Assembly: GCA_030265395.1 (NCBI GenBank)
Contig: JARFYF010000061.1
Span: 15,183,197 to 15,247,196 of the forward strand
Direction of reading: 5' to 3'
DNA from: Rhina ancylostomus
Lineage: Eukaryota
DNA length: 64,000 nucleotides
The number at the start of each line of letters is the position of its first letter. Within the stretch, counting starts at the first letter, position 1. The notes beneath the pieces are model-generated. The model saw nothing but the letters and a program-made list of their open reading frames with translations. It was not told the origin of the DNA and did no database searches. Below, piece by piece: positions 35,775 to 48,120 of the stretch. A program made the position numbers and the translations under genes.

Positions 35775-36894
35775 CTGCCAAGCGTAGGGCCGACATTCGC
35801 TGGAATTCGGGCTCCTGCAGCCACTTCCACATGCGCCTGAAGGTCTCCCGGCCCGACTTGAGCTTACTCCAAGGTTTCGGGTTCCTTAGCAAGTCGGAGA
35901 GGGTGCCCTGCGAGCGGCACAGCACCCGTTGCGCGAAGATAGCTTGCGGGATGCTGTAACGCTTGAGCTCGGTGGTGATCCTCTGCGCTACCTCCTTGGT
36001 GTTGATCTCTTCCAGCTGGCTCGACCCGCCGCCTCCCCCTCCTCCTCCTCCACCACCACCCCCCCCACCGACTCCTCCACCACCGCCGCCCGCCTGCGAC
36101 CCGTTGGAGGAAGGGGGCGGCTGCTCGCCCCTGGCCGAGACCAGGACCTGCCCGTGGCCCTGTGCGTGCGGGTGGACGTGGGGGTGGTGGTGCAGACCGT
36201 TGATGGGCACCATGCCCACCGAGGGAGGGCTAAGCCCCCGGCTTAGGTGCTGCTCCGCTCGGCCTAACATGCCCGGGTGGCCCTCGAAGCCGTTCGGGGT
36301 CAGCATCTTGTCAGCGGGCATGGGTCCAGCGTGCCCGTAAGGTGGCAGACCGTGCTGGGAGTTGTGGATGGTGCCCAGGCCGTTGGTGAGAGGGGAGCCG
36401 GAGAGCGGGGAGAGGCTCTGAGCCATGCCGCTCATATCCTTGTGATAGTGGCTGTACAGATTGTTCATTGAAGTCAAACCTCTCTCGTCCCTCATCAAGG
36501 TGAAGCTGCCGCTCACGTTGCCGGCCAGCCGCTGGTGATGGTGGTGGTGGTGGTGAGGGAACTTGTCGGACACGGTGGAGATGGGAGGCAGCGGCTGCAG
36601 AGGGGTCAGCGTGGTGTACGTACTGCTCATGCCCGGCACCGTCTCGCAAGCCATGGTCATGGTCGGATGCAGCGGGGCGGCCAGTGCGTGGTCCGGGGGC
36701 CGGTGGTAGTCTCCGGGACCGTCCAGGATCGAAGCCATGCTGGACACCATGGAGCGAGCGTGGACCGGCAGATTCCGATGGCCGATCGAGCGGCTGTGCG
36801 GGCTGGGACTGCTCAGCAGGTCGCCCGGCTGCACCGGTTCATGAGGCACCCCATGCAAATCGCCCAGGTTCTCCATCGTTAGCTGAGCATTCAT
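35775..36894 (-). CDS. ONECUT1: ONECUT1/HNF6 coding exon 1 (N-terminus, TP box, poly-His, CUT domain)
   Basis: ccaaccATG; MNAQLTME..TYTTLTPLQPLPPISTVSDKFPHHHHHHH..EEINTKEVAQRITTELKRYSIPQAIFAQRVLCRSQGTLSDLLRNPKPWSKLKSGRETFRRMWKWLQEPEFQRMSALRLA. The MNAQLTME start, ITTELK and TDVQ match ONECUT1 rather than ONECUT2/3 as I recall them. Confidence 0.97.
36025..36090 (-). repeat. GGN repeat encoding Gly6-Val-Gly15
   Basis: Read codon by codon; lies immediately N-terminal to the CUT domain. Confidence 0.9.
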
Positions 36895-37135
36895 GGTTGG
36901 CGCACGGTTTTACACCGGACATCTATCTGGCGTGTCCCTGGGAGAGCTTCACATCAAGGTGGTCACTTGCACTTTGCATTTCATTCATTCATTTATTACT
37001 CCCGGTTTGGTCTATTGTTTCCCTCACCAACCCCAAGACTTTTGCCCCCACTTTCTTCTCTTTCTTGCTTTGCTGTAAGGCTCCCCTCCCGTCCCTCCCT
37101 CCCACCCACCAACCCTCTCTACCCACCGACACTGG

Positions 37136-37254
37136 GAGCAATTAATAACAGCCAATTAACCCACCAACCAGCGTACCTTTGGGATGTTGGAGGAAATCTG
37201 AGCACCTGGACAAAATCCACGGGTTCACAGTATGAACATGCGAACTTCACATTG
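37136..37254 (-). mobile_element. V-SINE fragment abutting an assembly gap in the 5' region of ONECUT1
   Basis: gccaattaacccaccaacc..ctttgggatgttggaggaaatctgagcacctgg is homologous to ~865-965. Confidence 0.75.
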
Positions 37255-37354
37255 NNNNNNNNNNNNNNNNNNNNNNNNNNNNNNNNNNNNNNNNNNNNNN
37301 NNNNNNNNNNNNNNNNNNNNNNNNNNNNNNNNNNNNNNNNNNNNNNNNNNNNNN

Positions 37355-37600
37355 CCACTCTCTCTCCTGCCTTCTGCCGCCAGCAGTGCGCACTCACCGT
37401 CTGCGCACTCCTCTGCAAGCCGCCCTGACGTCGGGCAGCCAATTGGAGATTGGCGTTTCCTTCCGGGTTCCCCATGTCAACACAAAATCCAGAGAAAGAG
37501 CCGGAGAGGGGGGTGGAAATCAAATCAAATCACAGCCTCCTGTTTAAGGCAGCGCCGGCTCCAAGCTGCACGTTGCACCGGCTTCTCCGCCCCTCCTCCC
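37355..37600 (-). promoter_or_regulatory. Probable ONECUT1 proximal promoter
   Basis: CRE-like TGACGTCG 37426-37433, palindromic CCAATTGG 37439-37446, second ATTGG 37449-37453, GC box ctccgccc near 37585; ~500 bp upstream of the ATG. TSS not determinable. Confidence 0.6.
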
Positions 37601-40600
37601 TCTCCCAAGCACACATTGCATTCAACAGCACATTCTCCATCTAACACTCCGGATGCATTTTTCCCCATATTCATTTTATTCAATGCACTTTATTGTTACC
37701 GTGCTTCGTTATACATTAGATATAGAATGCAGACTGCAACACCAGAAATGCATTAAAACTGACCCGATATTGTTAGGCAGCCGAGATATTTTAGTAAGGG
37801 CATCATGCCGCACGAAGACCACTCCAAACTGAAGGTTATCCCTGTCCAGATCCACTCGCTTCTCAAATCCACAACCGTTAATTCCACGTTTGCAACCGGG
37901 GTAAAATATCACTGAAACCAGTTTGTTTTGCTGCTGTCCTTGGGGAACATTAGGTTGATGTAATGTTCCACTGCACCTTGGGCTGAAGATGTAAATCGGA
38001 CCCTGGCCAGTCTCCTTGCTTGGGGTCGAGTGGGTTTCAAAACATAAAGAAAAAACAAACCCCTGGGTTCCCACCTCAATGAGGCAAGGCACCGAGGCGA
38101 ACATGTCGGCTGGATATTCCGGCAAAATGAAGCAGGTGTAAAGTGCAGTCAAAAACTGGTTGCAACATGTTTAGCTAAATTTGTATAATATATGTTTGAT
38201 CAATAAACTGAGCTTGGATAGGCCAACAAAAGGTGATGATGTAGAATTAATTAACCACACAAGTCACTTCTGACGACCACAGTGCAACAAAATTGGCAAA
38301 CAAATTAAATGGAAGAGAAAAGAAACTCCAAGCCACCAATCTATTTTTAGGTCAGTAATAGTTTTCTCGTAATGGACTGGATTTCCCTTAAAACTCTAAG
38401 GTTAACGCTTGCTGGCTAAACAATTAAAACGCAGAAGTGCTGAAATGTGTTAAAGACAAAGGGTTTTATTTCTAAAAGGGACGCAGCACGACACATGCCA
38501 CTGTTGCTGTTTTAAGCGCTGGTCCGATAAGGTGCTAAGCAAAAACGGGACAGATGTGCCCATTGTTCTACGATTAACAATAACGGATGAGGCCAGACAA
38601 GTGTTTGGAAAATGTGGCCCTGTTCTCGCAGGCGAACCGCGGGAGGGACGGAATTATGACATAATAGATTATGATATTTGACTGAATTCGTACAGATCTA
38701 CACGAAATTGGTCAAATTGATTGGATGGGAGAGAATCGAATGATGAATATAAACAGGGCAAGTGTCGAATTACGTATCAGAATTCTCATATATATATATA
38801 TATATTAATACACATATATGTATGTGTGAGCAGGAATCAATCATTCGGTCTTATATTTCAGGAAAATGAAATTACTGTGATGGCAATTATGACATGCCAA
38901 AATGCGATTAGCCAAGAAAACATCAATAGCAAACAGATGAAAAGAATTTAAAACAGATCATTGCAACAGTAACCTTACTATTATCTGTTTAATCAAGCCC
39001 CACTTAGCATTAAGATGGATACATTATATCAGTTATATCATTAAGCCATTATCTTAGCAGAAGCGTTAAACAGTGTTTGTTTCCAGTAGTTATTTGCAAT
39101 ATATCTTTGGCAACAATGAAATAATCACTGTTAAGGACACACCATTACTTGTCAAGCTATTGTCATGCTTCAAATATTCAACAGCAGTTTTATCAATTAA
39201 TAACTTATATTCTGATTATTGATTACGTTAATTCAGTGGAATCTTAGTCAATGCAATAGATTAGGTGGGATAAATAGTTGGACGAAAGGACCTTTATATA
39301 ACCCTGTCAATACGATTTCACGGGAATATTAGGACCCAAAATTAATTTGCTTATGCGTTGACATTACCACAGATTGGTTTATTTTGGACTTGCACACGTG
39401 TAGAGCTTTTGATTTGAATTTCTGAAGTTCGACTTGTAGTTGAACTACCACGAACCACATGAAACTTAAATGAGAGAACCCACTGGTGAATGGCACATTT
39501 TTGTAACACTGGATTGCGACAAAACCTGACTATAAACCCACTTTGTTGATGACCCATTCTTAAAATAAAGCTGCTCCATGTGCCTGCGTGTGTGCGTGAA
39601 TATTAATGGTCCTGAAGCACTGCGGTCAATGTTTGTGTATTTGTTGGGGGCGGGCGAGGGGTGGGGGTGGGGGGGGGGAGACTGAGGAGAAATCGCACAT
39701 TTGAAATCAAAGAGGTAGTGGCTAGGATCTAAAGGCCGGCATTAGTTAATCCAACAAAACGTTGAAAAGACTGTTATGGGTAAATTTAGCAGCATCTTGA
39801 GCAGGCGTCTTCTTGCCCTTCTTTTACGGTGCTTGTAGTGGTCAGTTGTTGAAGGTCTGTCTTGATTGAAAAGGGACATGTCAAAGGTGACGCTTCAAGA
39901 CTCCAAGAGCCAACAGCTGCCGTTTCAACAGATTAACCGGAGACTTTTTTTGTACTTTCGCCTGTTGCGCTTCTTGGACCTACTTGGCCATAAGAAAACA
40001 CACATCTGTCAGTGCAAAGAATATAAGCAATACCCGGTGGATGTTAGAGGGGGGAAAACGGTTTAATGTTGCGAATGGGGAGAATTAAACAATGCTGCTG
40101 TTCCTTAACAACTCTACTTCTCCACAACAATCATGCACTAAAAAATTAAACTTGCAAAATACAATTTTTCTACGAATTGACATTTTCCCATTTACGGTCT
40201 CTCGATAAACAAGACTGAATGTGAACGTGTACAGGAAATACGTGCTCCTAGAGTAAGCAGGAAGATAATTAGCAGCAATGGTAAATCCTTGAAAGTTTTG
40301 AGCCACCGTTTCACACCGTTTCAAATGTGCGTGTTATTCTCTTGAAAGCATAATAAGCTTAGGCTGGGATCTGACTTTAGCCTCCCCAGTCTGCAAACAC
40401 ACAGTCCTGCCGCCCAAAATTGGAAATATTTTGAATTCCAGTTAACTGTCTCACTGTGATCAGCACCAGGGTAAACACGATTTATTTTGGAACAACACAG
40501 GAACCTTAAATTGCCCACCGTCGCGACGCAAGGCCGAAGCTGACATCAGATTTGGTAATTGTGTTCCAAGTGATATCTTCATAACGCAAACATTCATTGA

Positions 40601-43600
40601 CCTTACTTAGATTTCCACTGTTCAGCCTCAAACTTCATTATACCGATGGCGGTGCAAGTAGTTTTAATGAACATTAAGGCATGTTCCCCTCATAGCAAAG
40701 CAGAGGCCGGTCCTCACGCTAAAACTGCATCTGTTCATATTCTCATACTGGTCGATATTTTTCATTCACACTCACATCTCGGCGGCTTGTAAAGGGAAAA
40801 TTAGACTTTTGTTGAGATTCACTCAAGCAAATCTTATTCGTGTTAGAACGCGAGTTTGTCGCATATGTTTTGTGACTGAATTAAAATGTAAAATGGTCGT
40901 GACCTGATGGCACTTCGGTACACTCAGAAAAGCCTGACCGCTACGCCAGCGGACACGAAGAATAGGATTAGAAAAAAAGGCACGTGGCAATTAAGTTGGC
41001 GGAGATTAATTGGTATAAATACCGATGTTATTAATATGAAATGAAACGTACACACGGATTGGGAGGACTCGGATTCCTCAATTTTGTGGGCAATTTGGTT
41101 TAAATTAATTTTACGCAATTAGCAATTGTTACATTATTATACCACTTTCATTTTAGATTTTATTGTAAAATTATGATATAAATATCCGTTATTTCAATAC
41201 GGTCAAAAATTAAATACACCCTTTGCTGGAACTTCCAAAAAACTGTATTTAATTTTAATTTGGGCTTTTACTCCTTATTTCAAGCAATTTCATAAATGTG
41301 ATGTGCTTGTTGGTAGATCAATAAAGGCTTTTATGAGATTTATTAAAATTCTCAATTGTATTTTCTTTTAGATTACGTTGTTCACTAGGTTGACGCAAAT
41401 AACAAGTATTTTACCTTTATTTCTGTTTTCACTTCCATTTCATAAAAGCACGCAACTATGTCCACAAAAACCATTGTCAGAGTGAAGAGTTGAGTTATTA
41501 TGTTTAATTACCTGGGGAAGTAGGGTGGTGGTGTCAATGTGGTGGTAAGGGGGAGGAAGTGGAACTCACACATTAATGTATTATTGTCACAATTCGGTTA
41601 TTGGGATATGAAGCACCCTACTATTGCACCAACATTAGGGAGAGAGCCTACAAACAAATAGGGCAGTGTAGCAAGGTATTGTTCACATTGCACTTGGAAA
41701 TAAGTATAAAAAAGAATACATGGTATAATTGTCCAGGTAAATCAGTTATTGACTGGGCAGTAATGGTTCCCAAACCCCACTAATACAGGCTCCATCTCAA
41801 CAGAAGTTATTGCATTTGCTCCTGTACATTATCTCCCCTTATTTCGCATTTTATGAACTATTTGCTAAGCAAGCAGAGTTGTTCCCATTAAATATTTACA
41901 CTCTAATGTCTTCTTGTTTCAAATTATTAATTAGGCGCCTTTGGTCATTTTAAGTTGAAATGGAGAGTCTGCGAGGCTTTAAATATGATTTCAAATTATT
42001 ACAGCCTTCTATAATGCGAAAATTATTCCATGTCTTGCATGTCAGAGATTAACAGCTTTAAGGATCAATAACGTGAAATTCGCGAACTGGAAGCCTGCAA
42101 ATGACAGCATTATTGATAGCAGGCATGTAAATTACTTCATACTGTAAAATAAATAAGAATGTAAAGCCACAATCATCTGGACTAAAACTGGCAAATTGCT
42201 GTATATCTGCCGCAACAACACTGGAAACATGGCAGAAATTGTTAGAATAACGACTAATTGTAACCAGTGAGGATTTCAAGTGACCCTTTCTGCATAGAAA
42301 TCAATGCAAAAGCGTCACAAGACGGATCCATTTTCTTTGTAATCTTAAAACTTACTTTAACGTCAACTTACAATCAACTTGTTATTTCGGTTGAGGTACA
42401 CTTGAACAATAATCAGCTTCAACATAAAATTGTATTTTCATTTTACTTCACTGCCATTAGCCATCTTTCCTGTCATTTTGATACCATACAGTAAAACTAA
42501 ACGCTATTACCTGATGAATATGCCGATACTTACCATTATTATTAAAGGTAATCAGTAAAGTATTGTTTCATAAACATATTGTAATCCATTCAGAATAATA
42601 TTTGATATCACCTTTCACTTTGATCACGTGCCCTTAACACCATCTCATTTCTGTTCAATTTTTGCTTTGAAAATAAATTGTCGATAAAACACTGTAGATA
42701 TTCAGTCAATATCACCTTGTATTTTTTTAAATTAATAGAGCTACTGATAATATTCATGTTCAGCCATGACCTAGTTTTCTAAAATTGTTCTTTTTCATTA
42801 TCGAAAACTATTTTCAATTGAATTCAACTTTTAATTTCTTTCGTGATTCCTGTAACTTTTTAATGTTTAAATTGTAAACATGTTGCGAATTGAGATCGCT
42901 CAATTTTTCGAAAGAAACCTCAATTTACGGAAGAGGTTGAATGGAGGAAATTTAAATTAAGGAGCGATTTTGCTGATAATTCCAAGTCAGTCGTTCGAAA
43001 AGAATTCGGCGGGGCAGGGTTCTCCTGTTTAATCCAACTGGTTAAGTATTTTACACACATTTAAACGAAAGCCACAAAGATGTTCGTCATTTTCAGAAAA
43101 CTAATTAATTTAATGCAAAAGAAGAAATTCAATTAAACAATGCAAAGTTTAAATCTACTGGGGTTTTAAAGAGCGTGGAAGTTAGAAAACAAAATCTCCA
43201 CGGAAACTCAGAGTGGAGAATATAAAATAATGTTGATTAATGAATGTTATATACCCAAGTTGGTCTAATGCGCCAAATTTGAGAGACGAAAACGATTATT
43301 CTGTTTCTGCTACGTTTAATATACGGGTCCATATACACTGAGATTATCCAAAGTCTCATACAATGTATTTTAAATGACTCTTCCCCCCAGCAATGGAGGA
43401 ATTCAAGGCTGGGCGTGTGCTGATACAGGTACAAAATGTGTTACTGGATAACCACAGGTGGAGTTTGCTTTACTTAGGGAAAAAAAACTAAAAATAAACA
43501 CTTCGCTACCAACTGCCATACTCCTAGAAATCCTTTATTAAATTCCGCAAATTAATAATTTTGATGGTTCTAAAAGTTGAAGAATATATTTCACAGAATC

Positions 43601-46600
43601 CCAAAGGAAACGAAGCGAACAGTGACGGGAAAAGGGGACGCATAATTTTGAAAAGAATCATTGGGTTTAAACACCCCAGCACTGAAAACACACAACTGCA
43701 AAAAGTCTGTTCACCTTTCCTACTGCTGCTGGAATGACATTCTTGCTCAAGAGAGCTTTGAGAAAAACGAATACACCGTAAGAACAGCAACTGCTAATTC
43801 TTGTAAAAACGTCTAAATGTAGATTAAATGTAGATCCCGGTTGGGACGGGGAAGGATTCTTGAATATTCAAGTTTCCGATATTAGTAATCCCAGTCGTAA
43901 CTGATGAGCAAATACATTTCGGGAGGGGTGGGGTTGAGTCTTTCAGGACAGTTCGTTCTACCTGATGCACCATATGATCAAACGAGCACAGTGGAATTGA
44001 CAAAACTACCATAAAGAGCAATTTAATTATTTAGCGCCACTTGAAATCATTATAAATTAAGTACTAATTCACTACGGGAAAGCGATGGTGGAAGTAACCC
44101 ACACAGGGAGAAAACCCAACTGGCCAGATATCAAAACGTTTGAAAAAAAATGCAACTAAAACTTTTGTTCCCTGTAATTCTCCAGAGGTGACAATTTGTG
44201 TCTAATTATGATTGCCAGCGCTGAGTTTCAGAACCACAGATAAATCTTGCTGTCTCATAATCTTTCTCAAAACTGACGGGGCTAATTAATTCGGGCCGTC
44301 GTTGGCACAGGTTGAAAAGCTGTGCTAGTTTTCAAACATCGTTGTAATAAGTCGATAGCACGGGCAAACTCTCAGTTTAAATGACAACACAGACAAAACC
44401 GAAACACTCCGTTCTGTCATATCCAACAAAAGGATCATCTACACTTGCAGTTAAGCAATTGTCAATGTTTAAAATGCACAATGCAGAGCAAACAGCGAGG
44501 GCGGGACCCAAGTATTGTTCAATTAAACAAACGAGGAAGAGTCATTTAACTTGAAACTTCAGGCATAACACAGATTAATGAATGGCGTGTGTTCATATGT
44601 GTGGATTTAAAAGCACGGGGTGAGCGTGTACAACCATTGGTTAGAAGCCCCCTGTTCTGCGTACTCAGTTAAATAACCTCCTCCTACCCCATTCCCCACC
44701 CGTTTAAAAAGACGAAGGTCGGCAAGCCCATGATCAATATCCCGTGATAATTAAATAGCCTATTAACAACAGCAGCAACTGATAGGTTAAAGCAGAAGAA
44801 AAACGTTAACTCTTATCTAATTCAAAGCAGGACCACATGCAGAAAGTTAACAAGACGTGCTTCTGAGCCTTTGCTTCTGTAACTTAAGCTTTTGTAAGTT
44901 TACATTAAATTAGTCCGTGCAAGCTCCATTTCACAGAACTACAGTATCCATTGCATTCATTCCAATGGTCTTGTAAATATAAACACAACAAATATGGCTG
45001 TTACAGTAGCTGGCCTATTAGTTATTATTGCACTACCTATCAAGACCTTTCAGTGAAACTGTGCACGTTTAAAAACAGGATAGCGTTTCAAAGAGATGGT
45101 TCCACGTCAATCAATTTGTAATTATCAATCTGAGGGCCTTTGCGGGTTTACCGCACAGACGTAGTAAAGAATGTGCAGCTTGAACAAAATCGAAAACACG
45201 ATTCCTCAATCAATAAATGGGACTAAGACAGTTCAGCTTTTTCACACTGTTGCGCAAAGCAATTCAATTATATTTGAAATGGTTTAGTCACAACACATGT
45301 TCAGTGATTACTGGATATTCATTTATCCATATGTGCAATGTAATTTATATCATAATAAACCACATTTCCATAACGAATTGGCGTCATTATAATTTTTGTT
45401 ATATATATAAAACATCTCTTTTCATGTGTTGCTTCGCCACTTGATCGTTGAGTGCCGCGCTCTCAGCCAATGCAGAGCAGCTCTCATTTCACCCGCACTT
45501 AATGGGCAGACATGGAGGAGAACTCCTCCTGTAACCGCCCTTGTCAAATTAGGAAACAGAACTTTGCATAATAACATCAACTACTGCTCAATTAACGAGG
45601 AGAATAGCAACGTTATTCTTTTGCGACTCAGTCTGAAACAAGATTTTGAATCGAGAAGTGTTGTATCCAATTAGCATTGTCAAATATTTTGTCAAATATA
45701 TTTGTCATTATATTATATCAATCATGAAAAAAATAATATCTTGTGAATTACCACACCCACTAGTAACTAGTTAAATAAGATATTGTGAAATTTGGAAAGA
45801 GCTAAACATCGAACCTTGACATTGATGAAATTGTTACCTTTAACACTGCAATAGCAAATGGGTATCTCATTCCCATCTTATTCCACAATCTTTATTCTAC
45901 AACTACGATCATCACTCCCAGGTGCTATAAAAGAAAGCAATTAAAACACACTCAGTAAATTGTCTGAGACAAATGTCTGAAAAATAGTAGAACATTCCAG
46001 ATTGCTAAACATTTTGTTCCTAATTGAGAACAACACGCACATCGCCAATGTTAGTATCAACTCTAATGACCGAAGGTCAGAACGAAAACAAAGCTTCACT
46101 GGTCTTGGTAGAGGAACTAATAGGTTTTTCATTAGAACCTACTTCTAAAACAACATTGGTACGGAGTGCGAGCAGTTCTGTATACAGGCGGAGTTTACAA
46201 TTCAGACAAATTTACTGAATGCATTAATTATAGTATGTGTAATACCAAAAGGCAGGAGGCGAAATCTTTATGTACTCTGTTTCAAATACAAATATGCCCC
46301 ACTTTAAAAAAATGAAAGCCCACCTACGTTTATGTATGATGGCTCACATATAACTATTGAGCCACTGCAAAATGTACTTTGTAATCATTATATGGATGAA
46401 ACCCATTATATCTGATCGTGGGTTCACACACACACTTGCCACAACATTATATTTTAATGTCCTTTTGCCAAGAAACAGAACGAAGATATATAACAAAACA
46501 ACGCTTTGCGAATTGTGCATGCAGTTTAAGGACGTGGTATCAGTAGGACTGGAAACTATTCCTCTGTCAAATTTATACGCTTTGATCAGTGTTTGGTTTT

Positions 46601-47299
46601 GGAACAGTTAGGTGCAGATAATATTCTGTCTTGTTCAAATTTACATAAGAAGTCCTTCGGTTGGTTTGGTCATCTCGGTTCAAAGGAAGGCACCTCTATA
46701 TTGTACATTTTAAAAACGTATTATTAAACCGTCAAGTAATTGAGATTTATCCACTTTAAATAAACTAAATTATTATTGTTTATGGATCAAGAAATATGAA
46801 CAAGACATCACGGAAACTACACGTTATGTACGGCCATCAAACCATCACGGATATCCTTTATCAAACGCATTGTAATTTGTATGCTAGTGTGCTCTCAAAT
46901 TCTCTGAAATGTACATGAAATATTACAAGCTGTGACCTGTCACGTCACTTCCTGTTTTTAACCATTCAGGAAAGTTTGCAATGGGTTTGGTTCTGCAGTT
47001 CTTGCAGCTCGGAACAGAGTTAATGAATGGTGTCCCTTGAAGCATGTCAAGCGGGATCTTAGTTGCTTAATCCTTCACGTACAGTCACCACCACCAGCCG
47101 ACCTGTTCTCCCGTCTATGCAAGACTTCTGCTTATTTCTCTAAAGTCTCAATTACAAATCTCCAATTTCACACTTGATCTCGGACGCATATACAAATTGC
47201 GTTTAGTATTTTTGTTGGCAAGTTGCATTAAAAATTTCCCAACGTCATCTACCCCTCCTCCCACCGTCGTTCCTTTGCAATTCCAATCCATTCCCAGAT

Positions 47300-48120
47300 C
47301 ACATTAAAACATATTCTCGGTTCAACACTTTCTTCCCCCCCACACCCCGCCCCCCCATCCACTCCGCCCGGATGTTGACATCTATTTACAAGGGTTGAAA
47401 GCGACGTCCTTTCTCCCTAACACAAGTGTGATGGTGCAGGTCCTTTTCCGCGCCCGTGACACATGCCCCTACCCTCGCCGGAGTCAGCGGCGGATTTACC
47501 ACTCCAAACCCAGCGGGGTGCCTGCCGCATGTAACTGGGACGTAGCCGACAGCTATTGATAATCGTACCCCTTGGACCTTTTTGCAATTCTGACTTGAGC
47601 TATACTTACCGAAATCCGTGCTAAAGGCATATTTGCAGCTGTTTCGTGGCATGTTGCACCTTTTGTAAACATCCACGGATAATCAAATGTCGTATATGCC
47701 CCAAGGAAACATAGATCTGCATAATTTCAATTGGAAGGTCTCCTGCTCAGTTCCAGGGCCTGATTTTGGGGGGGGGGGGGTGCTGGCGGGTTTGGTGGGG
47801 TGGGGGTTGTCGGGGTTCGGGTGCGGGGTTGCTGCTTGACATAGAAAAGTTTATCAGCTTATCCGGGCAGTCGCCCACAGCAGCCGGAGAGCCAGACCGT
47901 TCGGTCCCGGGGCCGAGGAATCTCCAGCTTCCTCTGGCCCGTCCTTTGGACTTCAGGAGAAAGACCAAAGGCCCCCTGCCCTCTCTCCCCACCCCCCGTC
48001 GTCCCATCCTATTTCTCGCCCTCTTGGTTTCGAAACAGTCGCCGGAAATAATAAAATATTTTTTTAAAGGATAAAACAAAATAAAGCCGTTCTAGCCTTC
48101 ATCCTTGTCCGTGGGGTGAA
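47300..48120. promoter_or_regulatory. Secondary GC/CpG-rich island ~10 kb upstream of ONECUT1
   Basis: Locally GC- and CpG-rich with G-tracts at 47767-47828 and C-tracts at 47335-47369; ORFs here are low-complexity. Confidence 0.45.

Larger units (their letters stand above)
35420..37600. promoter_or_regulatory. CpG island over exon 1 and promoter
   Basis: Visibly high GC and CpG density compared with the AT-rich flanks; not computed. Confidence 0.75.

Noticed and set aside
35929-37145. Antisense and alternative-frame ORFs over exon 1, including a poly-Pro ORF
   Set aside because: Shadows of the GC-rich ONECUT1 coding sequence; the poly-Pro is the reverse of the Gly tract.
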